A stretch of DNA of 64,000 bases, taken from a virus. The stretch spans positions 1 through 64,000 of IMG/VR virus record IMGVR_UViG_3300042991_000201, one strand, 5' to 3'. Each line of letters begins with the position of its first letter. Within the stretch, counting starts at the first letter, position 1. The notes under the pieces were generated by a model. The model was not told where the DNA came from and ran no database searches. It saw only the letters and a list, made by a program, of their open reading frames with translations. A program made the position numbers and the translations under genes. Shown one piece after another: positions 37,892 through 47,054 of the stretch.

Positions 37892-38299
37892 TTATAGATA
37901 CGCTCCAATATTGTCACTGTCTTGCATTGTGCGAGTTAAACTGTAGTTATACAAATCTAGCAAATAATCTTTTAGTCCGTAACTTTTAGGCTTTATGCCA
38001 TGAAAATTTATCGATATTGAAAAAGTAGATAGCAAAGAAGAAGTAACCACAATAGTAAACTCATTCCAGCCACAATAACTGTCATTATCCATGCTATGAT
38101 ATGCAGAATTTATCACTATTCTACTGGAATTCGATTTAACCATATCAATAGAATTTCCGCTATCAATGCCGCTTCCACTAGGCAAATAATTTTTAACTAT
38201 ATCGTCAAGATAATCCATCCAGTCAATACTGTGGCTTCCGATATAATTTTTAGACTCGATGCACTGAGCAATTTCTCTGTAGACTTTCCTGTCAATCAT
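37892..38299 (-). CDS. early-block hypothetical protein
   Basis: LPSGSGIDSG...YH.M...Y.GW pattern. Confidence 0.75.
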   Translation of the reverse strand: MIDRKVYREIAQCIESKNYIGSHSIDWMDYLDDIVKNYLPSGSGIDSGNSIDMVKSNSSRIVINSAYHSMDNDSYCGWNEFTIVVTSSLLSTFSISINFHGIKPKSYGLKDYLLDLYNYSLTRTMQDSDNIGAYL

Positions 38300-38312
38300 T
38301 GTGTTTCCCTTC

Positions 38313-38549
38313 CTATTCGACAAAAAATAGCGCCTTCAATTCGGCAAGCGCCGATTCAGCTTCCATTATACTTTCTATACAAGACAGTATAATTCCATGA
38401 CCATTGTATACGATATTGTAACAGCCTGAATTTGCTATAGATTTTTCGATAGTCAACGAAAAAATTGTAATCGGTAGACAACGATAGTTATTGTCAGTGT
38501 GCACCATTGTTACACGATTTCCCAAAATTTCAACCGTTCTACTCCTCAT
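38313..38549 (-). CDS. early-block hypothetical protein
   Basis: ORF in the operon; start uncertain. Confidence 0.5.
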   Translation of the reverse strand: MRSRTVEILGNRVTMVHTDNNYRCLPITIFSLTIEKSIANSGCYNIVYNGHGIILSCIESIMEAESALAELKALFFVE

Positions 38550-39142
38550 ATTATGTTTCCATCAATATAAAATTCATAATTACTTGCTTTAATTGTTTCT
38601 ATAATACTTTCTTCACTGGACAAATAATCGTATTCTTCCGACAATTTGCTATAAAATTCTTGCATAATTGAACGGAAAATTTCTGTCATGTCATTATCCA
38701 ATTCAACCGAAAAACTTGCACTATACCTGTCACAGTCAAATTTGACAGTCTGCTCATGGCAATAATGGTGGGAATATCGGTATAAATCGCCTTCAATTCT
38801 ATAAAAATTTCGACGCTGAATTGCTTGCAAATCTTTTATACTTGAGTGCAGGTCCACCCATGTAGGAAATTCCGCTATAATTTTATGTAAAGAATTCTTT
38901 GCATAGCTATAATGTCCAGTAAATGATAGGCCAGCTCCTTGACTGCCAAATCCACAAAATTGGATATCTTTTGATCGAGTGTCGAATCCTATTATATGCA
39001 AAATTTCCACAAATTCATCAAGAATACTTTCGTACCAAAATTCGTCCGATATATTTATATCATATAAAATATCTAGGACATTTTGTTGCACTTTTCCTGA
39101 CAATTCCGCAAAACTATAAACTGTTGTTTCAATTTTCCGCAT
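38546..39142 (-). CDS. early-block acidic protein
   Basis: VYSF.EL...F.GF.SQG.G...EYDYL.S.E.I.E.I..N.YEF..DG. Confidence 0.75.
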   Translation of the reverse strand: MRKIETTVYSFAELSGKVQQNVLDILYDINISDEFWYESILDEFVEILHIIGFDTRSKDIQFCGFGSQGAGLSFTGHYSYAKNSLHKIIAEFPTWVDLHSSIKDLQAIQRRNFYRIEGDLYRYSHHYCHEQTVKFDCDRYSASFSVELDNDMTEIFRSIMQEFYSKLSEEYDYLSSEESIIETIKASNYEFYIDGNII

Positions 39143-39156
39143 GTTCTGCCCCTTTA

Positions 39157-39495
39157 TCAAAATTCTGAATTAAAAACTACGATTTCGTCATCATAGCCGC
39201 AAATTGTAGTACAATCACTCAACCAATCTATAATCGCGGAATTTCGATCATCTATATCGACATACTCCGCGGAGTTAATACCAGTATCATACTCTCGCAA
39301 AATATCATCATAGGTACATTCGACAAATTCGCAACAGAGACTTATAGCGTCAAGCTCCATTTCTTTTCCAGTATCCTCTTCGTATTGTTCCAAATAGTCA
39401 AACAAGTATCCTAGTCCAGAAAATGAAAATTGATTTGCCCTATTAGCAGCAACAAAGGCCGTTCGAAATTCATTAAAATTAACTGTTACATACAT
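39157..39495 (-). CDS. highly acidic first gene of the early block (candidate DNA mimic)
   Basis: About 25 D/E versus 5 K/R in 112 aa. Confidence 0.75.
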   Translation of the reverse strand: MYVTVNFNEFRTAFVAANRANQFSFSGLGYLFDYLEQYEEDTGKEMELDAISLCCEFVECTYDDILREYDTGINSAEYVDIDDRNSAIIDWLSDCTTICGYDDEIVVFNSEF

Positions 39496-39647
39496 TGTGT
39501 ACCTGCCTACAATAATCAGTTGAGGACACTATATTTGTCCTATGCAAGTATACTAAGCATAGTTCGAGTTTTAGTCAAGCGAATTCGAATTATTTTAGTT
39601 CAATATGAACTAGATATAAATTTTATGTATTATATAGAAGATTTCAG

Positions 39648-39743
39648 TTATCCACAGGTTTATGCACAATAGCCTTGACTTATGCACAGGAAACATTTAT
39701 ATTATCCACAGGTTAAACACAATTTGAATCGGCCTGTGTATAA
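39648..39743. promoter_or_regulatory. cluster of five DnaA boxes
   Basis: TTATNCACA at 39648, 39660, 39680, 39702 and inverted at 39735. Confidence 0.75.
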
Positions 39744-40699
39744 GTCTACAAAACAGCCGAAAAGAAAAGATAAATTTATTATGTTATTAAACTATATAAT
39801 TTTTTATACCATGAATTTATTATTCATGTTTAGAATATATTATGTGAATAAAGTTTTTTGTGGCATGAAGAATTTATTATGTAGTTAAAAATTCATTATG
39901 TTAATAAATATTTTGTTATATGGTAACTTATTCTTGGCATAAATTGTTTATAGCCTCAGTTTGGCACTATGCCCACTGCCCTGAAGAACCAACAAGTACA
40001 CCTTAGAAAAATTTGAAGAAACTTTAGAAAAATTCACCAGTACACTTTTGAAAAAAATTGCTCTCATACATATAGGGAAATTCGTTTTTCCAATTTTCCC
40101 TATATACATTATTTTCCCTTTACTGTATAATTATTTTTCTCTTTTGCATAGAATTATTTTTGTCTCTTATATATAATTACTTTTCTCGCCCGTGCATAAT
40201 TACTTTTCTGATTTTACAGAAATTATTTTTTTGTCTTTCATATTATTGATTTATTTTGTATATAATCTTTATATATTTTTATATCTATTAAGTCTTTTTA
40301 TCAATATCAATTCATTATAGTATATATAATTAACTATGTTTTATGTTTTATATTATTTATTTATTGTATATTTAATTTATTTAATCTCAAGTAATTATCT
40401 TAATATCTTTTCATGTATATTAGTCTTTCATATTGCATGATATTTTATTTCATACTGTTATTCATGTATATTTTATTCTCTTTCTCGCTTCATATTCTTA
40501 TTGTATATTTATAATTATATTATTCTCTCTTACTACTCTCTTATATACATTCCCGTTCGTCTCTCCCTTACTACCCTATTCCCGTGCATTAGATTAGTTT
40601 TCTGAATTTCTGGATGAACTTTTTTTCAATTCAATACCCCAGCAGGGACACTCTGTAAGGATATGTAGTATTCTATGCTAGTTTGGCCTGTACGAGAAG

Positions 40700-40927
40700 C
40701 TACTTTTTTTCGGAAGCTCTCATATAATCAATATCCTCTACAAAGGTATTCTTTTCATCCTCATCAAGTCTGTCAGCAGTGTGAGTTATACCCCTGACAG
40801 CCGTATCTCTACAAAAATCCGCTACATGTTTACAATATATAACTTTATCCCGACCCGTCGTCTGTACGGGGTAGGGAATAATTCCCAAAACATCCCGGAC
40901 TTCTTTAGATTGATGTAGCCTATGCAT
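40700..40927 (-). CDS. hypothetical protein
   Basis: ORF continuing the terS operon; start uncertain. Confidence 0.5.
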   Translation of the reverse strand: MHRLHQSKEVRDVLGIIPYPVQTTGRDKVIYCKHVADFCRDTAVRGITHTADRLDEDEKNTFVEDIDYMRASEKK

Positions 40928-40953
40928 ACCATAGGCTCTTGTTATCTATCACC

Positions 40954-41193
40954 TTATATACCATGACAACCTTCGTAAGACTCCAAATAAATGAAGGGCT
41001 TAGGAAGTTGTGCCTCTTCCCTGATTCTTTTATTCAAGGTAAGAAAATACTTAACAAAGTGAGCAGACGAGTATAAGAATTCCCATCCGCTCTTCTTATA
41101 CATATACACATCCTCTATGTATCCATGATTATCAAAACACACTTTGAAAGTGTTGCCAGTAGAAGTATCACGTAATAGCCTAACAATTCCCAT
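40954..41193 (-). CDS. hypothetical protein
   Basis: AGGAG SD. Confidence 0.6.
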   Translation of the reverse strand: MGIVRLLRDTSTGNTFKVCFDNHGYIEDVYMYKKSGWEFLYSSAHFVKYFLTLNKRIREEAQLPKPFIYLESYEGCHGI

Positions 41194-41234
41194 ATCTATT
41201 TCTCCTACAATAGTTCTGACTTGTATCTAATATA

Positions 41235-41909
41235 CTAAATTCTATCCAGATTGTCAACTCTTTTCATATCAGAATCGTCAAAGTCCACAGACCCGAATAT
41301 CTCTCGGCGCTTCTTCTCTGCATCAATGTCATTTCCCTTAGTGCTATCTCCACCAATCTCACCATGCAGTTTAATCAAAGCAAGTAGAGCCGCCAATGCC
41401 TTCTCTTTTGTGGGGAGGACATAGCGGGTAAACGTTGCGCCCGTCTTGCTATTGATGACGTACTCGATATTCTCTATGAGTTGTCTATGTTGCTTAGGTA
41501 TCTCAGATAAAGGACGAGCATAGTTATCGTCCGTGTAATAATTCCCTATATCGAGATTCACTATTGCTTCGTACTGAGCCATAACCCTATGAGGGAGCCT
41601 GACTACGGCACTACGCCAGACCTCCCCAAGTATCCTCTGATATGCCTGTTGTACGTTTGGTTTATCAATGAGTTTCTTTGCCGCTAATTTAGCATATTGC
41701 TTATTTACAGTATCAAATGCCTTCATATATGCGGCGGCACCATCGAAAGACGATTCAATATAATAATATACAAAAATTATCTCAGCAGGAGACAACCCCA
41801 AGCCCTCCACCAGAGCATTACTATACTCTGGGAGGACTGCCTGTATCTCTTTCTCGTTCTCAAGGGCTATCTCTTCCATAACTTCGTGGTCAAGTTTATG
41901 TTCTTTCAT
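41235..41909 (-). CDS. terS: terminase small subunit
   Basis: LSPAEIIFV.YY....GAAAY.KA...A.KL..KPNV HTH and KEKAL..L pattern. Confidence 0.75.
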   Translation of the reverse strand: MKEHKLDHEVMEEIALENEKEIQAVLPEYSNALVEGLGLSPAEIIFVYYYIESSFDGAAAYMKAFDTVNKQYAKLAAKKLIDKPNVQQAYQRILGEVWRSAVVRLPHRVMAQYEAIVNLDIGNYYTDDNYARPLSEIPKQHRQLIENIEYVINSKTGATFTRYVLPTKEKALAALLALIKLHGEIGGDSTKGNDIDAEKKRREIFGSVDFDDSDMKRVDNLDRI

Positions 41910-42360
41910 GTGTATACTCCTGTAACTGTGCGATTTTCTTGGTATATTCTACACACAGAGTAAGGAGTTTGTCAATAGAGAAGTATACCCTATTACTACG
42001 AGTTGCCATATCACGAAGATTCCGTAAATCCTCTACACTGTAGTGTTCCCGCATCCAGTCAGGGTATAACTCTGGATCACCCCCAGAACACAGAGCTTGT
42101 GCGGCAAGACCCATGGTATGAGCATTACGTTCATCCCATCTCAGAGCGGGAGCGTATGAAGGGGGGTAATAGTATACCAGCACAAGGCGCTTGGTTATCC
42201 CAGAGATAACACATTTTCTATCTCGGAGACGTATATACTTCTTGAACAACTTATCAAGACCTCGCTCCAGCTTTTCCCGATTGGCTTCTGCTGGATCATT
42301 CTTACCCCTCACCCCCCGAGCATTAGTTTTAGGGGTGAGGGTAATAGACTTATAGTTCAT
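41896..42360 (-). CDS. NinG/Rap-like protein (degenerate)
   Basis: LDKLFKKYIRLRD..C.ISG...LRWDERN. Confidence 0.65.
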   Translation of the reverse strand: MNYKSITLTPKTNARGVRGKNDPAEANREKLERGLDKLFKKYIRLRDRKCVISGITKRLVLVYYYPPSYAPALRWDERNAHTMGLAAQALCSGGDPELYPDWMREHYSVEDLRNLRDMATRSNRVYFSIDKLLTLCVEYTKKIAQLQEYTHERT

Positions 42361-42707
42361 CGCCCCCTCTCTAGCATTATCTCCTCTGCCCTCGCTATGG
42401 CTGTAGCTTCCATGCTATGCCTGTTATTGGTGTTTAGAACCTTCACATAACAGATATCATTTTCCTCATCATATCCTTCTACCAGATCAGCACCAGTCAC
42501 ACGATAATTCTCGTCTACACAAAACCATACAGAATCAGGTATGACATAAGGCACATCCACATTACCCTTGTCGATATGGAAATCCCCATCTACACTAGAT
42601 GACATATCCGCTACGAATTTATCTGCTTTCTCTTGGGTTGAAAAATAGAATGCACCCATGTCCTCTTCGTAAGAGTATAGCGTAACTATATAGATTTTAT
42701 CAATCAT
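42357..42707 (-). CDS. hypothetical acidic protein
   Basis: Start after GGAGG; TTGACA-17-TATGAT promoter upstream. Confidence 0.65.
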   Translation of the reverse strand: MIDKIYIVTLYSYEEDMGAFYFSTQEKADKFVADMSSSVDGDFHIDKGNVDVPYVIPDSVWFCVDENYRVTGADLVEGYDEENDICYVKVLNTNNRHSMEATAIARAEEIMLERGR

Positions 42708-42953
42708 GCATAACCTCCTTTGCGTTTGGCCCCGTAACCCACTTCTAATAAACACTCTTAGCATCATAGTTCATTTCGGGTATCATGTCAAATACTTTAT
42801 GATAGTAGTTACCTCCTTGACATTGCCTATGAAATTTAGCCGCTTTGACTGCATCATCTTCTGATGAATCTATCCCAACTGGAAAACTGTATACATTAGT
42901 TCCATATCGATATGCCATTACTAGATATACACGCTATGACTGGGGTATATCAC

Positions 42954-43565
42954 TCATACTTCTGTTTTCTTTTTTTGTGCTTCAACGAATTCCTGTCTCA
43001 TTGCCTCTTTACGTTCTCTAGCTTGCTGATGGAAGTATGTATACATTTCTATCCGCATCCTCCGGCGCTCATCTCTTGGTATCTCCATGTATGTAGGGAT
43101 ATCTACACCCCAATAGTTCAAGAGCTTATCCTCAAACAGATCATAGCTTTCCTGCTTGTAATTCCTTGGCTCTATGAAGTACATCCTCTTGGCATCTTTC
43201 ATGTGCCTTACCAGATCACTATGGTTCTGACCCATATACCTATTCATTCGGGTCTTGAGCCTCCAGCGCCACTTCTGTCTACGTCTATGCACTTCTGGCG
43301 CTCTGTCTCGATGCTCTAGATACTCACTATCAATACGACCAAATCCGGGAATTATGACATTACGTTTACCAAAGTACAAGGCGAAAGACAGGGCATAAAG
43401 GATGGCCTTGGTCATCTTTTTGTAATCGACACGAGATGCCAGTTCTGGTTCACACAGAAAAGCGAGATTGGCAAGATGTGTATACTCATAATCCTTTGTG
43501 GAAATGGAGTCCATGTAAGCATCAAGTCGTTGTGCCCTGTTGCCGTCCTTGTAATACTGAAGCAT
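42954..43565 (-). CDS. hypothetical basic protein
   Basis: Likely start MLQYYK by TAATG coupling. Confidence 0.65.
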   Translation of the reverse strand: MLQYYKDGNRAQRLDAYMDSISTKDYEYTHLANLAFLCEPELASRVDYKKMTKAILYALSFALYFGKRNVIIPGFGRIDSEYLEHRDRAPEVHRRRQKWRWRLKTRMNRYMGQNHSDLVRHMKDAKRMYFIEPRNYKQESYDLFEDKLLNYWGVDIPTYMEIPRDERRRMRIEMYTYFHQQARERKEAMRQEFVEAQKKKTEV

Positions 43566-43675
43566 TAGTTGTGTCCTATGTAATACTTGAAGTATTTCTG
43601 GACAAGTACGGTAACACATACTCCAGCAAAGAAGCAACAGGCAAAGCAGATATACATTCGATCTATGAGACTCAT
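43565..43675 (-). CDS. 36-aa membrane peptide
   Basis: ATGA and TAATG coupling at its two ends; one TM. Confidence 0.5.
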   Translation of the reverse strand: MSLIDRMYICFACCFFAGVCVTVLVQKYFKYYIGHN

Positions 43676-44001
43676 TTTGATTCCTTATTTGTGGGTATAC
43701 GACCAAAGGCATCACACTCCGTTAAGTATTCATCTTCAGTCAATACTTGAGATTCCTTCTGTCTGATTGCATCTGGGGCGATGGTGGAGAGAGCTTTCTT
43801 CAGCCTGTTAAGTTCGTATACTATAGATTTCAGATCGCGGAAGAATGTTCTGTCCTCTGGCTCTGTTAAAACACAAGTAAACCCTTCTGGCCCTATAAGC
43901 AACTCGTAGTATTCACACACCCCAAACAGTTCTCGTTCGTCTGGTGTAGCAACTCGGTATTCAACAAGGGACTCGCGGATCATATCGATGTTGGATTTCA
44001 T
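43672..44001 (-). CDS. hypothetical protein
   Basis: GGAG SD. Confidence 0.65.
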   Translation of the reverse strand: MKSNIDMIRESLVEYRVATPDERELFGVCEYYELLIGPEGFTCVLTEPEDRTFFRDLKSIVYELNRLKKALSTIAPDAIRQKESQVLTEDEYLTECDAFGRIPTNKESK

Positions 44002-44006
44002 ATCGA

Positions 44007-44240
44007 CTACTCCCTAAATCCATTGTAAATTTCAATGGTGTTTTTATTCAGAACGACACGACCATATCGTTTGATGAAAGTTTGCAGTTCTTCAATGGTG
44101 CTAATCTCTACATAGAGGGGGGTATACAATTCATCCCATTCATCTATAAGCTCTTCATTCTCGTCAAAATCGAATCCAAGAGCAATCTGCTGTTCCTTAT
44201 CCAAACTAAACGCATTAGTAACTGTCAACCTGTATTGCAT
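44007..44240 (-). CDS. hypothetical protein
   Basis: GGAGG SD; TTGACA-17-TATCTT promoter upstream. Confidence 0.7.
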   Translation of the reverse strand: MQYRLTVTNAFSLDKEQQIALGFDFDENEELIDEWDELYTPLYVEISTIEELQTFIKRYGRVVLNKNTIEIYNGFRE

Positions 44241-44651
44241 GTGTGCCTCCATGCAATAGAAGATACCACAATACTTATAAAATGTCAAGAAGAAAAACGT
44301 GGGGCGGCGAGGATATCGATAAGATGCTAGGAGCGAGTGCAAGCGCACTGAACAAGGATAGTGCGCCATTGCGTTTATTACGTCCATTTGACGGAAAGTA
44401 CGCACTACCTATAACAAATGTCACCACAGCCCGCCTCGTTAAACTGGTGGGATATTTGCCTGAAGTATATGGGGTAAAATCTTTGCATACTCCCAGCATA
44501 GCCAAAAAACGGAAACAGTAGCGAAAGCATAAAGCTAGGTAGACCAATAGGACAAGGCAGAAAAGTGCCGGAAGCGGCGGCGGCGGGGCAATCCTCCTAT
44601 AATTTTTCCTATTTAGGAGAATAGTAGGATTTATACTTACATAGGGAACTA

Positions 44652-44741
44652 TATAGCACTCTATTTTATAGCACTCTATTCTATAGCACTCTATTTTATA
44701 GCACTCTATTCTATAGCACTCTATTCTATAGCACTCTATTT
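44652..44741. repeat. tandem repeat, 6 x 15 bp TATAGCACTCTATT(T/C)
   Basis: Counted directly. Confidence 0.95.
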
Positions 44742-44938
44742 ATATTATATCTATAGTCTATTCTAAGTATCCTAGTTTCTCAAGTATTCAAATCTCAAAT
44801 TTATATTATATAGTTTTTATTAGGAATTTATGACCATGAACGAAGTGAATGGTCTAGGACAAAGATAAATACGAAGTATTTTCTGAAGTCCTATATTCTC
44901 TTATATTCTCTTCTCTTATATTATATTATATTAGTTAG

Positions 44939-45073
44939 ATGCATTTTCTGCACGGGTCTACATGGAAAAATTCATCAAAATCCCTAAAAAGCTATGCACT
45001 TTCTGCATACCCATGCACTTTCTGCACGGCTTTTGGGTAAGTCCTTATTAGATGCACTTTCTGCACGGGTCTA
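44939..45073. repeat. four iteron-like repeats ATGCAYTTTCTGCA (putative replication origin)
   Basis: Copies at 44939, 44994, 45013, 45052 next to an AT-rich tract. Confidence 0.7.
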
Positions 45074-45260
45074 GTAGATTGGAATTTGTTTCCGTCTATC
45101 TCTATTGTATATAGGTTCATATAAGTCAGTACCCCCCTTGACATTTTATATGTACTTCATTATTGGGATTTCAGGCTCCACATATAGTGGCCGGAAAATT
45201 GGAAGAGAATGAGCGAAGTCAGGTTTCGATCATGTATCTTCTATATTATTCTAGTGCCCA

Positions 45261-45344
45261 TTGACAGATTTTCAAGAATCTGTTATTTTTATTCGCGTTA
45301 AGTGGCTGCAACCCCTTGACAATGCTTTCTTGTGACGGCATAAT
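45261..45344 (+). promoter_or_regulatory. tandem sigma70-type promoters
   Basis: TTGACA-17-TATTTT and TTGACA-17-CATAAT. Confidence 0.65.
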
Positions 45345-45347
45345 GAT

Positions 45348-45420
45348 AGAGCGTTATTTGATTCTAAAGGAAGTCGTCACCTTCCTTGAACCTTTGCAGA
45401 GGGGAATCAAATAGCGCTTT
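45348..45420 (+). ncRNA. C4/CI-like structured antisense RNA candidate
   Basis: 17-bp closing stem enclosing two hairpins whose loops complement upstream sites. Confidence 0.55.
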
Positions 45421-45440
45421 TCTATTTAGAGGGGTCAGAT

Positions 45441-46046
45441 ATGGACAATGACATGAGTGTCTATGGAGACAAGAGGATGACAGTTAAGGAAGTAGCAGAT
45501 ATCCTTGGTTATGAGTATGATACCATACGAAAAAAGATCAAGGAACTATTTCCAGAGAACGTAGAACAGGGTAAGTCTACGTTGCTCACAGAAGTACAGG
45601 TGGTTGAATTGAAGAAACGCCTAGTTCCACGCACTGCGGCATTGAAATCCGGGGTTGATTCTGCATCTACTGAACTCGAAATGAAGCAGAAAACCGTTGA
45701 AGTAATGGCTTGGCTTATGGGACAAGTAGAACAAGAAAAAGCCGCTCGTATGGAAGCAGAGCGTAAACATGCCATATTGATGCACGTTTCAAAGACGTAT
45801 ACCGCTACTGAGATTGCTAAAGAGCTTAATCTGAAGTCAGCACAGGAGTTGAACAGACTCCTTGTGGATAGGAAAATTCAGTATAAACAGAATAATACTT
45901 GGGTGCTGTATTCAGACTATTCCGATTTAGGTTATACTGAAATAAAGCAGAAGGTATTAGATACAGGGCGCATCGTATATGATCGACATTTTACTCAGGA
46001 TGGTCGTGCATTCCTTCTAGGTCTATTTTCTAAGGAATTGGTATGA
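45441..46046 (+). CDS. antirepressor-like protein (HTH + KilA-C)
   Basis: MTVKEVADILG; T.TEIAKEL...LN..L....QYK....W.LY...T..GR.F. Confidence 0.85.
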   Translation: MDNDMSVYGDKRMTVKEVADILGYEYDTIRKKIKELFPENVEQGKSTLLTEVQVVELKKRLVPRTAALKSGVDSASTELEMKQKTVEVMAWLMGQVEQEKAARMEAERKHAILMHVSKTYTATEIAKELNLKSAQELNRLLVDRKIQYKQNNTWVLYSDYSDLGYTEIKQKVLDTGRIVYDRHFTQDGRAFLLGLFSKELV

Positions 46047-46618
46047 AATCTTCGGATTATGAAATGATAGAATATAATGGAATAAAAGTAAATGCCATTT
46101 ATTATGGAGAAGGGCAACTGGCCCTTATATGCCTTACAGATATATGTAAGTATTTCGGTAGACGTATTGATAAATATGTTTCTACTAATTATTGTGATCG
46201 AAGTTCATGGGAAGCCTATAGGGGGAAAGGAGGAGGTACTTATGGGTCTAGGGAGGATGCTGATGCAATTATAGCTTGGTGTACATACAAACCAGCATCT
46301 AAATTTCGCAGATTGGAGTTAGACTTTTTAGATGTGGTAGAAGCAATCCTTCCTAGTATGCCTCAACGCCCTTTAACTCTGTTACGTCAATATGAAGTTG
46401 TTTCCTATCGTTTGGATGGGTACATTCCCGAATGGCAGATCGCTATTGAGTATGATGAGGCATATCATAAGAATAAGTGGCAACAACGGTTGGATGAGGA
46501 TAGACAAAAAGCAATTATTAAAGCATTACATGGTAAAGTGCATTTTGTGCGGATAGCAGAAGGAGAGGAAGCAGAAGGCTTGGCAGAAATTATAAAACTT
46601 CTGTTGGGGAAGGAGTAG
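46043..46618 (+). CDS. KilA-N-like domain fused to a PD-(D/E)xK (DUF559-like) endonuclease
   Basis: ICLTDI...GKGGGTY; YRLDGY...IAIEYDE.YH. Confidence 0.7.
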   Translation: MKSSDYEMIEYNGIKVNAIYYGEGQLALICLTDICKYFGRRIDKYVSTNYCDRSSWEAYRGKGGGTYGSREDADAIIAWCTYKPASKFRRLELDFLDVVEAILPSMPQRPLTLLRQYEVVSYRLDGYIPEWQIAIEYDEAYHKNKWQQRLDEDRQKAIIKALHGKVHFVRIAEGEEAEGLAEIIKLLLGKE

Positions 46619-46671
46619 TCCTATGATAAAAGGAGAATTGGAAAATAGTTTTTATTGAAGGGTGTCTGGCA

Positions 46672-46813
46672 GATCGACACCCTTGGGGGCAAGTAAGAAG
46701 TAACTATCATCAATGAATTTGGATTATATTTTGTCATATTTTGCTATAGCAAGGAGTAAATATGAGTAATAAGCTACAACTTTTCGGTTTTGAAGCTCAA
46801 GATATTAGGGTAT
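46672..46813 (+). pseudogene. degenerate fragments of a Bro-N gene
   Basis: Near-copies of 47237-47295 and 47061-47121; the first carries an in-frame TAA. Confidence 0.7.
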
Positions 46814-46921
46814 TCGTCAGAGGGATGTCTTGTGGGGTACTTAAAGTAACTCATTCTATAATGACGAGAGCCAAAAAATTGGCCGTTCTCCTAAATTCTG
46901 GGGAAAAGTAACTAAACCCCC

Positions 46922-47054
46922 TTGACTTTTCTGTGACTATGTATTATATTCATGGGCGTACCATAGATTGATTACGCGAGAGTGACAGCTTACGCAATCA
47001 ATTAGTCGCTTTTACCCCTCTAAGCCGTCTGTCACCGGCAAGGAGGGGTTTTTT
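46922..47054 (+). promoter_or_regulatory. promoter plus a two-hairpin leader (attenuator candidate)
   Basis: TTGACT-17-TATATT; complementary loops GTGACAG/CTGTCAC; T-run. Confidence 0.55.

Noticed and set aside
44300-44600. tmRNA (5' GGGGCGG...GGATATCGA resemblance)
   Set aside because: No T-arm or complementary acceptor 3' end with CCA, and no convincing tag frame
44652-44741. CRISPR array
   Set aside because: Contiguous 15-bp units with no spacers; no cas genes
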